A stretch of DNA of 32,000 nt from positions 2,910,001-2,942,000 of the forward strand of contig NZ_CP042905.2 in the NCBI RefSeq assembly GCF_008000775.2, in the 5' to 3' direction. Below are positions 10,261 through 17,034 of the stretch, one piece after another (positions within the stretch are counted from its first letter, which is position 1; every line of letters begins with the position of its first letter). Below the pieces are notes generated by a model. That model had not been told where the DNA came from. It saw only the letters and a program-made list of their open reading frames with translations, and did not search any database. Source of the DNA: Promethearchaeum syntrophicum. Its GTDB lineage: Archaea; Asgardarchaeota; Lokiarchaeia; Sigyniarchaeales; Promethearchaeaceae. Position numbers and translations under genes: made by a program.

Positions 10261-11535
10261 TTATACTCCAACTTTCTCCCAGTATGTATTTTCTAATAAT
10301 TCCAAAGCAATCTGCGCAATTTCCTTTGTTATTGGTGAAACTAATGAAGTTTCATCAATTGCACCCCATCTTAAGGAAGAGCGATCTTTAATTTTGGGTA
10401 ACAAAAATTCAGGAAATGTCGATAGAAAAGAGATTTCAGCCATCACACAAATCCAGTTTCTCCCTTCTCCATCTTTTATTAATTTCACAATACCTACTTC
10501 GAGTAGTTTCTTTAAAACATCATCAAGTTGAGCAAAATTTGATAAAACATTTGGGAGCTTCTTTACAGGATAGGCTTTTGTATTCAATAAAGCAAGTAAA
10601 TCAAAAATATCAGGATCTAAAATAATTTTTGCTAATTTTTCACTTTCTCCATAAAGATCAGTAAATGGATCATATGTAGCGTAATAATTATTTAATTCTT
10701 CAAAATATTGTTTATGGATTTCATGTTTTTTCATATCGGCCATTAATTCTTTTGGAGGGATCCGTATCAACGAAAGATCTTTTAGCAAAAACAAGTATTC
10801 CCCTTCACCGTGAACCCTCCCTGTGTCTTTGCTGTGAACCCCTCTTGCCCAATCCCTTCTGACTATATTCATCTCAAGAAAGGGTTTTAAAATAATATCC
10901 ATATTAGGATTCTTTTTGACTCGATCTATTAGCGATCTTAGTTTAATTCTGGAAAGTGGTCCTTCTTTTAATAGCTTCAACGTCATCATTCGTTCATAAC
11001 TTGAAAAGATCAAAGCAATTTTCTGAATTTTTGTTAAATTTGATAAGCGTTCGATTTGAAATAAGGCAAATTTTACTTGATTCAGCATTTCTCTTTCTAC
11101 TTCTCTTAAAACTTGTGCGGTTTTACTACTTTTAGCAAGTTTATTAAAAATTTTACCCAATTTCTCACACATCTGATAAAATACACCTTCATAGAGTTCA
11201 ACATCGTCGTCCAAAGCAAATAATGCTAAGATTAGGTACTGACTCTCATCAATTGAATGGTGATAATATGAGAGTACTCTGTATGGGGTTTCTTTAAGTC
11301 TTCCTAAAATGAAATTCTTTATCATCCGCTCGCGTTTTTTAAAATCCAATCCTGTGGTGTGATTATAGAATAATCTATACTTATCATTTTCAGTAATTAG
11401 ATCGTTTAAGTCGATCTTTTCCTTTTCGGTGCCGGTCCCAGGCATTTCAGAAACTAAATTTTTAAATTCGGGCTCAATATCCCCCGTTTCATCTTGATTT
11501 AGTTCAAATTGAAAAATTGTAATTGTAACAACCAT
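10261..11535 (-). CDS. longin-like alpha/beta N-domain + tandem winged-helix protein (paralogue of 24261..25340)
   Basis: 424-aa ORF with an ATG start; it is the first gene of operon A. Blocks EYLFLLKDLSLIRIPPKEL and NWICVMAEISFLSTFPEFLL align by eye with TYVFLLKYLICFRAPPLDL and QVYFLKSDIILDFVPMNYMI of the 359-aa protein. WH-like segments include TLKLLKEGPLSRIKLRSLIDRV. Confidence 0.55.
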   Translation of the reverse strand: MVVTITIFQFELNQDETGDIEPEFKNLVSEMPGTGTEKEKIDLNDLITENDKYRLFYNHTTGLDFKKRERMIKNFILGRLKETPYRVLSYYHHSIDESQYLILALFALDDDVELYEGVFYQMCEKLGKIFNKLAKSSKTAQVLREVEREMLNQVKFALFQIERLSNLTKIQKIALIFSSYERMMTLKLLKEGPLSRIKLRSLIDRVKKNPNMDIILKPFLEMNIVRRDWARGVHSKDTGRVHGEGEYLFLLKDLSLIRIPPKELMADMKKHEIHKQYFEELNNYYATYDPFTDLYGESEKLAKIILDPDIFDLLALLNTKAYPVKKLPNVLSNFAQLDDVLKKLLEVGIVKLIKDGEGRNWICVMAEISFLSTFPEFLLPKIKDRSSLRWGAIDETSLVSPITKEIAQIALELLENTYWEKVGV

Positions 11536-11723
11536 TGTAATTTACCTTATATAATATTTTTACATTAATTCTATCATGGAATAGAATTTTGTTTTATATC
11601 TTATATGTCGACCTTTGTTCATAATAAGCCTTTGTTAATAATAATCAAAAAAAAAAATCAATTAATAAGCTTTTAGTATATAATTATTAGGAAAGAAATA
11701 AAAATCAAAGATAAGAGTTTAAA

Positions 11724-12527
11724 ATGTTAGAAAAAGTGATGAACACGATTATTTGTGATGATAACCTTAAGATTTTGAATAAATTCCCTCCAAATTGCGT
11801 TGATTTAACCATTACAAGTCCTCCTTATGATAAACTAAGAGATTATGATGGGTTTAAATTTGATTTTGAAAATCTTGCAAAAGAATTATATCGAGTTTCC
11901 AAAAAAGGGGGAATTCTTGTATGGATAATTGGAGATGCTACGATCAAAGGCTCAGAAACTGGATCATCATTTCGGCAAGCTCTTTTCTTTAAAGAAATCG
12001 GTTTTAAACTTCATGATACCATGATCTATAAAAAAAGTGGATTCGCAAATCCTTCAAAAAATCGGTATCATCAAATTTTTGAATATATGTTTGTCTTTTC
12101 GAAGGGGAAACCAAAGACATTCAACCCAATAAAGGATAAGCCGAATAAAACTCAATATAATTTTAGTAAAAAGCGTCGAAATAAAGACGGAACGATGACT
12201 CATCAAAATGATAAAAGTAGAATTGAAGTCCAACCTTTTGGAATGAGATTTAATATATGGAGATATGTTACCGGTCGGGGAAACACAACCAAAGATGCAA
12301 TAGCCTTTGAACATCCTGCATTATTCCCTGAAAAGCTTGTTCAAGATCATATTCTTTCCTGGTCAAATGAAGGGGATATTGTATTAGATCCGATGAATGG
12401 GGCGGGAACCACTACAAAAATGGCATATCTCCTGAACAGGAAATATATTGGAATTGATATTTCAGAAAAATACTGTGATATTGCTCGGAAAAGATTAGAA
12501 ATCGCTAAGAAAACAAGAATAAAATAA
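11724..12527 (+). CDS. beta-class DNA methyltransferase (N-4/N-6 methylase family; the SPPY motif suggests N4-cytosine specificity)
   Basis: 267-aa ORF. Catalytic motif IV (TSPPYD) lies near the N-terminus and the AdoMet motif I (DPMNGAGTT) near the C-terminus, which is the beta-class permutation. No restriction endonuclease candidate lies adjacent. Confidence 0.85.
   Translation: MLEKVMNTIICDDNLKILNKFPPNCVDLTITSPPYDKLRDYDGFKFDFENLAKELYRVSKKGGILVWIIGDATIKGSETGSSFRQALFFKEIGFKLHDTMIYKKSGFANPSKNRYHQIFEYMFVFSKGKPKTFNPIKDKPNKTQYNFSKKRRNKDGTMTHQNDKSRIEVQPFGMRFNIWRYVTGRGNTTKDAIAFEHPALFPEKLVQDHILSWSNEGDIVLDPMNGAGTTTKMAYLLNRKYIGIDISEKYCDIARKRLEIAKKTRIK
12018..12510. repeat. direct repeat copy 1 (3' part of the methyltransferase gene); copy 2 lies at 15738..16235, constant offset 3723 bp
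   Basis: By hand alignment, 12038-12305 carries about 30 mismatches, 12306-12472 is identical to 16029-16195 (167 bp), and divergence resumes toward the stop codons. Confidence 0.9.
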
Positions 12528-12738
12528 AAAATAAAAAATAAGAATTGTTCCATTTGTTAAATACAAAAAATCTTTACAGAAGGGGATAAATGAGTCAGTT
12601 TTGAATTTTTGAGAATAAAAAAATTTGTCTTAATCTTCCCTAAAACTATCAAACCACTCGACATTATTCCCCGCACTTCCCCCAAGCTTCGATAATAGTT
12701 TCTCCTATTCACCAGTTTTGAATCTTTTTTTTTACAAA

Positions 12739-13510
12739 GTTGTAATGAATCTTTAAAATTTATATTTATTTACACATTTTCGAATCACCCACTAAGTTTT
12801 GGTAATATTTATCTTTGTTTGAGAATTTTTTCGGACCTTTTTTTGGCAAAGTTTAACATTTATCTTTTTTTAGGAGCCTCTTACCAAAAGATAAAACAAC
12901 TTCGAAATAAAAATATTCCAACAGTTAAAACTTAATTCACCAACTCACCTGTTTCCGCCTTGCTTGATTGGGATGTGAGATATTAAGGGATATTTCCCGC
13001 ACTTAGGATGGTTTATAATGGGCGATTTCTACTCCATCATCAGAGGTGAAGCGGTTTAGATTCATCTGGGAAGCTTCGATTTTGTCTGTATTCATGAACT
13101 TCCATTAAGAAGAGGATTTATAAAATTCGAGAAAAAAAAAAAGAGTTGCAATATTATCTTTGTTTGAAGCTTTTTTTCGGACCTTTTTTAAGCAAAGTTG
13201 CAACATTATCTTTGATTTCGGACCTTTTTTAAACAAAGTTGCAAATTTATCTTTGGTTCTGGACCTTTTACTGGACCTTTTTTAAACAAAGTTGCAAAAT
13301 TATCTTTGTTTGGGAGCATTTTGAAGCAAAGTTGCAGAATTATCTTTGCTAAAACATCATTAATGTCAAAAATATTAATTTGTACATCTCCGTTTAAATG
13401 GTGAAAATTGCATTTTAGAGAAAAAAGAGAGTTGCAAATTTATCTTTTGGTATTATCTTATCTTTGTGTTTGGGAGCCTTTTGGGCTAAAGTTGAAAAAT
13501 AGTCTCAAAT
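12739..13510. repeat. iteron-like array: ~10 copies of an imperfect-palindrome motif (C)AAAGTTGCAAnnTTATCTTTG
   Basis: GTTGCA-type anchors lie at 12739, 12796, 12851, 13145, 13197, 13238, 13291, 13331, 13431 and 13491. The core five copies are tandem with 40-53 bp spacing. Their inter-motif segments are themselves repeated (ttcggacctttttta / tttgggagc). Confidence 0.85.
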
Positions 13511-13536
13511 TTTTTTTCAATGTTACATGAAGGAAT

Positions 13537-14724
13537 CTATTTTAATATTGAGAACCCTGAAGGTAGTTTGTGAGTTAGTCGCTGTGAGATTACGTTCAAG
13601 AGATGATTTTCTGGAGAAAAGTTTGATTCGAGTAGCTGGCGTACTTCGTATCCTCCTTCCCAGCCGAGTCGTTCGATATCACCTTCTGATAGGGATTTGG
13701 GATTTTCAATATATTGTTGGGCGAGTTCCATGGGGGTTTTACTGTAAAATTCGACGATGGCATCATATTTGGCAGGATCTTTAATCATTGCATGAGTTAT
13801 AAGTTCGTCGGTGCTCATGTTTACTTTATAGGTTTCCTGTCGGATTTTTTTATCGTGATAGTCGTCGATGAGTTTAATCGCAATCGGACATAGTTGAAAA
13901 TTTTTATAATAATCTTCATAATGTATGATTCTTTTGAAAAAATCGGGAAATTTGATGCCGGAGAGTGTGCGGATGGGATTGTTCCACACGAAAATTTCAA
14001 TATTTCTTTCCAGTTTTATGGAGTGCGGATTTCGAATCAATTTTTGTTTATCACGATCCGAAAGGTATCTTTTGTTAAATTTCGATGGGAGGTGCTCCAG
14101 CGATGTGATTTGATTATAAAAAACATTCAATTTCTTAAGGAACGGTATTTCAGACGGTATTCCTTTCAAGGAAATGAGCTTGTTGCGGACCAAATGTATC
14201 TCTTGAAGAACGGGAGCATTTGCAGGAAAATATTCGAGGGTTTCGATGTTAGTTCTAGTTATTCGGATTGTTTTTAATCTTGGGATCGATTTGGGCATAT
14301 ACTTGATAGATTCTAAGGGAACATTATCGATTTTGAATCTCTCTAACGATGGAAGTTCGTACGGGATACCTTTTAAATTTTTAAGGGAAGAGCTGACAAC
14401 GGTTAGGTTTTTTAATTTAGGGAGATTTTTGGGCAATCCAATTAGGTTAGGAAATTCTTGATTACGGATAAATAGAACTTCAAGATTCGGGAGATTTTCG
14501 GGCATGCCTTTTAAATTTCCGAATTCTATTTTGGGATGATAAAAAAGGTTAACAATAACACATTCAGGGGATTCTAAGATGATAACAGATCTTCGCAAAT
14601 TTTCGTGTTTTTCTTCACACCTGAAGGTTTTTAAATTTGAAGACTTAGGATTTTCATTGGTTATCAGTAGTTTTCTGGTATCCTCAGTGATTTCATGCCA
14701 AATATTACTACTCATTTTCTTCAT
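13537..14724 (-). CDS. leucine-rich repeat (LRR) protein with non-LRR C-terminal domain
   Basis: 395-aa ORF with an ATG start. It has about 8 consecutive ~22-aa LRR units (e.g. LPNLEVLFIRNQEFPNLIGLP, LPKLKNLTVVSSSLKNLKGIP, IPFLKKLNVFYNQITSLEHLP). The C-terminal ~130 aa are unrelated and more GC-rich. Confidence 0.8.
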   Translation of the reverse strand: MKKMSSNIWHEITEDTRKLLITNENPKSSNLKTFRCEEKHENLRRSVIILESPECVIVNLFYHPKIEFGNLKGMPENLPNLEVLFIRNQEFPNLIGLPKNLPKLKNLTVVSSSLKNLKGIPYELPSLERFKIDNVPLESIKYMPKSIPRLKTIRITRTNIETLEYFPANAPVLQEIHLVRNKLISLKGIPSEIPFLKKLNVFYNQITSLEHLPSKFNKRYLSDRDKQKLIRNPHSIKLERNIEIFVWNNPIRTLSGIKFPDFFKRIIHYEDYYKNFQLCPIAIKLIDDYHDKKIRQETYKVNMSTDELITHAMIKDPAKYDAIVEFYSKTPMELAQQYIENPKSLSEGDIERLGWEGGYEVRQLLESNFSPENHLLNVISQRLTHKLPSGFSILK

Positions 14725-14747
14725 ATCCTATTATTTTTCACGTGGTA

Positions 14748-14762
14748 CGCCTTATAAATGTT
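14748..14762 (-). promoter_or_regulatory. candidate TATA box for the LRR gene
   Basis: On the minus strand, TTTATAA (14758-14752) is centred ~31 nt upstream of ATG 14724. This spacing suits an archaeal promoter with a very short leader. Confidence 0.35.
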
Positions 14763-14799
14763 ATGCATTTGCTGGTTTTTTATGATATGAGTAATAAAT

Positions 14800-14814
14800 A
14801 AAAAAGAAAAAAAA
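14800..14814 (-). terminator. oligo-T terminator after the 338-aa gene
   Basis: On the minus strand, T8 (14814-14807), C, then T6 (14805-14800) begin 13 nt after the TAA at 14829-14827. Confidence 0.5.
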
Positions 14815-14826
14815 TTCGGGAATATT

Positions 14827-15843
14827 TTATGAGGTCACTCTATGCCATACATTTTCAAACAATTTTCGTATAAATGTCAAATATTTCTGTGTAATTATTT
14901 TTTCATTGTTATTGGGAGCGATTGTTGTTATTGAAAACGTAGAAGCAGTATACATCTCCAATAAGAATGATTCTGGGAAATATGACATATCGGGCAATTC
15001 ATACGCTGTATCTCCAGGATATAACCAATGAGTCCAACCATTAGTGGCGATGTTATCTGGCGAAGTCCACTCAGGATGTATCTCGGACACTTGTAATGGA
15101 TTAAACAATAAATGTGCCTGTCCAGAACTTGTCATTTGCTGATATAAATGATGGAATGAAATTTGTGCCCATTGATTTGTAGATCCGTCGGGCAGCAATT
15201 CATTGTTGGCATTTCCCAGATCCACCCACCAATCACTGTCTTGTGGGCAAATTGTCTGAATAGATGCCATAGGATCAGTATTCCAAACTAATCCATAAAT
15301 CAACACTAATTCCTTGGCTTTCTCTTCTGTCAATCCAAGTCTATGGTTATAATCCAAGTTATAATTACCTTCTGCATCTTTCGACCAATCTATTAACATC
15401 AGTTGTTTAAAGAATTCTATATGCCGATTGAAAGGACCATATATTTGAAAATGCCCATTGAGGGTTTCGGCTGCACTCAATAATTTAAAGTCCGAATCGG
15501 TAATTGTAGGCATCCACGAACTTTCTTGACGCATCGCATCAAATTCTGCAGGATTAACCCTGCCTTCGGCAATAATTTTATCAATGATACGACCGTTTCC
15601 TTCAAATGCAATATCCCTATACCAATCTACTAGCGTACATGTGCTAGGTATATGGGGTCTGTTTCCTAATTTATAAAAACTTCCATCTACCTCAATAGTT
15701 CCATCAGCATGGAATATATAATGGAATTCAGGAATGAGATTATTTGGTTTATCAAAAATCTGGATTCGCAAATCCCTCGAAAAATCGATATCATCAAATT
15801 TTTGAATATATGTTTGTCTTCTCAAAAGGTAAACCAAAGACAT
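14827..15843 (-). CDS. Trp-rich hypothetical protein; the first ~35 codons are antisense to the methyltransferase fragment (chimeric or 5'-truncated)
   Basis: 338-aa ORF. I recognise no family. Between codon ~36 and an internal Met (..EFDAMRQE..) I find no ATG/GTG/TTG, so the only usable start lies inside MTase-derived sequence. Composition is visibly more GC-rich than neighbouring genes. Confidence 0.5.
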   Translation of the reverse strand: MSLVYLLRRQTYIQKFDDIDFSRDLRIQIFDKPNNLIPEFHYIFHADGTIEVDGSFYKLGNRPHIPSTCTLVDWYRDIAFEGNGRIIDKIIAEGRVNPAEFDAMRQESSWMPTITDSDFKLLSAAETLNGHFQIYGPFNRHIEFFKQLMLIDWSKDAEGNYNLDYNHRLGLTEEKAKELVLIYGLVWNTDPMASIQTICPQDSDWWVDLGNANNELLPDGSTNQWAQISFHHLYQQMTSSGQAHLLFNPLQVSEIHPEWTSPDNIATNGWTHWLYPGDTAYELPDMSYFPESFLLEMYTASTFSITTIAPNNNEKIITQKYLTFIRKLFENVWHRVTS

Positions 15844-16238
15844 TTAATCCGATTAAGGATAAACCAAATAAAACTCAATATAATTTTAGTAAAAAGCGAC
15901 GTAATAAAGATGGCTCAATGACCCATCAAAATGATAAGAGTCGAATTGAAGTCCAACCTTTTGGAATGAGATTTAATATATGGAGATACATTACTGGGAG
16001 AGGAAATACAACCAAAGATGCAATAGCTTTTGAACATCCTGCATTATTCCCTGAAAAGCTTGTTCAAGATCATATTCTTTCCTGGTCAAATGAAGGGGAT
16101 ATTGTATTAGATCCGATGAATGGGGCGGGAACCACTACAAAAATGGCATATCTCCTGAACAGGAAATATATTGGAATTGATATTTCAGAAAAATATTGCG
16201 AAATTGCTAGGAAAAGATTATTATCAGCTAAGAAGTAA
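15738..16238 (+). pseudogene. 5'-truncated methyltransferase gene fragment (C-terminal ~164 codons only)
   Basis: The track ORF 15744..16238 begins at a TTG and an in-frame TGA lies just upstream (15735-15737). It lacks the SPPY catalytic motif. Within the alignable part the protein differs from residues ~101-260 of the full gene only at T/S, V/I and D/E, apart from the divergent ends. Confidence 0.85.
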
Positions 16239-16311
16239 GAAAAAATTAGGTAAATTAAAATTTACAATTAAAATTAAATTGAAGGCTTTTTATTACTCCA
16301 AATTTTATAAT

Positions 16312-17034
16312 ATGTATAAAATGAATACATTAAAATCGGTTTCTTGGGGAAAAAATGCAATTCAACTACTAAATTTGTTAAATAATGGTGGTTTAATGGA
16401 AAATGTCCCCACAATACTAATGCTCCGCCATTCAGAAAGAGAGGAGCCAGAAATTCTTGAAGAAATTTTTGAGGCCCCCTTAACTGAAAGAGGACATAAA
16501 GCAGCATTTGAATTCGGAATGAATCTACCAAAGAAGTATGAATATAGATTTTTTCACAGTTCAGTACCACGTTGCAAAAATACAGCTTTGGAAATAAGAA
16601 AAGGAATTTCAAACTCAAAACAAAAGAATTCAATCTCAATAGAAAGTATAGAAAGTTTAATTAAGATTAATTGTGATTTTGAGAAATTTAAAACATATTT
16701 AAGACAAACAGAAACCGATACGATATTTTTGGATAGATGGATTGGTCAATTTTATAATCCCCTTGAAATTGAACCAGCATTAGCTGTTGCTAAAAGAATA
16801 GCAAAAGATATAAAAAAATTGAATAAAACACAGAAAAAAAAAACAATTGATGTGTTTGTGAGTCATGATTTTCATGTTATACTTTCTCAATTTTACCTGT
16901 CAGGAAATCTTGTTACAAATGAATGGATTCAATATTTAGATGGATTTATCATACAATTCTTTGATAAAAAGATGAAAATTTATTCTCAAAGGGGGAAAGT
17001 TGAAGTAAATTACCCCTATTGGTGGACAAATTAG
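16312..17034 (+). CDS. histidine phosphatase superfamily (phosphoglycerate-mutase-like) protein
   Basis: It carries an RHSE-type catalytic motif (ILMLRHSEREE) and a distal catalytic His context (FVSHDFHV). The track start at 16171 overlaps the MTase fragment, so I prefer ATG 16312 (MYKMNTLK) or 16321. Confidence 0.65.
   Translation: MYKMNTLKSVSWGKNAIQLLNLLNNGGLMENVPTILMLRHSEREEPEILEEIFEAPLTERGHKAAFEFGMNLPKKYEYRFFHSSVPRCKNTALEIRKGISNSKQKNSISIESIESLIKINCDFEKFKTYLRQTETDTIFLDRWIGQFYNPLEIEPALAVAKRIAKDIKKLNKTQKKKTIDVFVSHDFHVILSQFYLSGNLVTNEWIQYLDGFIIQFFDKKMKIYSQRGKVEVNYPYWWTN

Larger units (their letters stand above)
12306..16028. mobile_element. putative inserted cassette bounded by the methyltransferase direct repeats (no integrase or transposase seen)
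   Basis: One repeat period (3723 bp) contains an alternative MTase 3' end, the iteron-like array, and two genes that look more GC-rich than their surroundings (sampled 60-nt stretches ~42-52% versus ~33%). The mobility mechanism is not identifiable. Confidence 0.3.

Noticed and set aside
3233-10625. Short track ORFs nested in or antisense to the operon-A genes (3233..3418, 4546..4920, 5832..6056, 7446..7685, 8077..8343, 8410..8733, 9013..9207, 10203..10391, 10416..10625)
   Set aside because: All are fully contained within much longer ORFs that have coherent domain architecture. They have Ile/Phe/Leu/Ser-rich compositions typical of off-frame AT-rich translation. I see no independent start or terminator signals.
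10261-11535. Assigning the longin/WH-WH proteins (also 24261..25340) to ESCRT-II (Vps22/Vps25/EAP30) or to Nprl2/3-like GATOR components
   Set aside because: Only the gross architecture (N-domain plus two winged helices) is suggestive. I cannot see diagnostic sequence motifs, and no Vps4/ESCRT-III genes are nearby. I leave it as a hypothesis for profile searches.
12054-12553. Minus-strand ORFs 12054..12314 and 12347..12553
   Set aside because: They are antisense to the well-supported methyltransferase gene and have no recognisable motifs.
11536-12660. Restriction-modification system around the methyltransferase
   Set aside because: No endonuclease-like ORF (PD-(D/E)xK, HNH, GIY-YIG patterns) is adjacent on either side. 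I treat the gene as an orphan MTase.
12996-13100. 29-codon minus-strand ORF (MNTDKIEASQ...) in the GC-richer intergenic island
   Set aside because: It is too short and has no SD or promoter evidence. It cannot be supported as a gene from sequence alone.
12739-13510. Possible CRISPR array, because of regularly spaced GTTGCAA-initiated repeats
   Set aside because: The repeat core is only ~21 bp. Spacing is irregular (40-100 bp). The 'spacers' are themselves repeated sequence (ttcggacctttttta / tttgggagc) rather than unique. The copies are degenerate, and no cas genes or leader are present.
13527-14785. Plus-strand ORFs overlapping the LRR gene (13527..13784, 13894..14277, 13925..14113, 14246..14461, 14579..14785)
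   Set aside because: They are antisense shadows of a 395-aa ORF with clear LRR periodicity.
15709-15921. 70-aa plus-strand ORF across the repeat boundary
   Set aside because: It is out of frame with the MTase fragment and antisense to the 338-aa ORF. I see no motif. It is probably fortuitous.
16171-16311. Upstream extension of the histidine phosphatase ORF (track start 16171) and antisense ORF 16274..16639
   Set aside because: The extension overlaps the end of the MTase fragment and encodes low-complexity K-rich sequence. ATG 16312/16321 sits after an AT-rich promoter-like gap. The antisense ORF lies inside the phosphatase gene.
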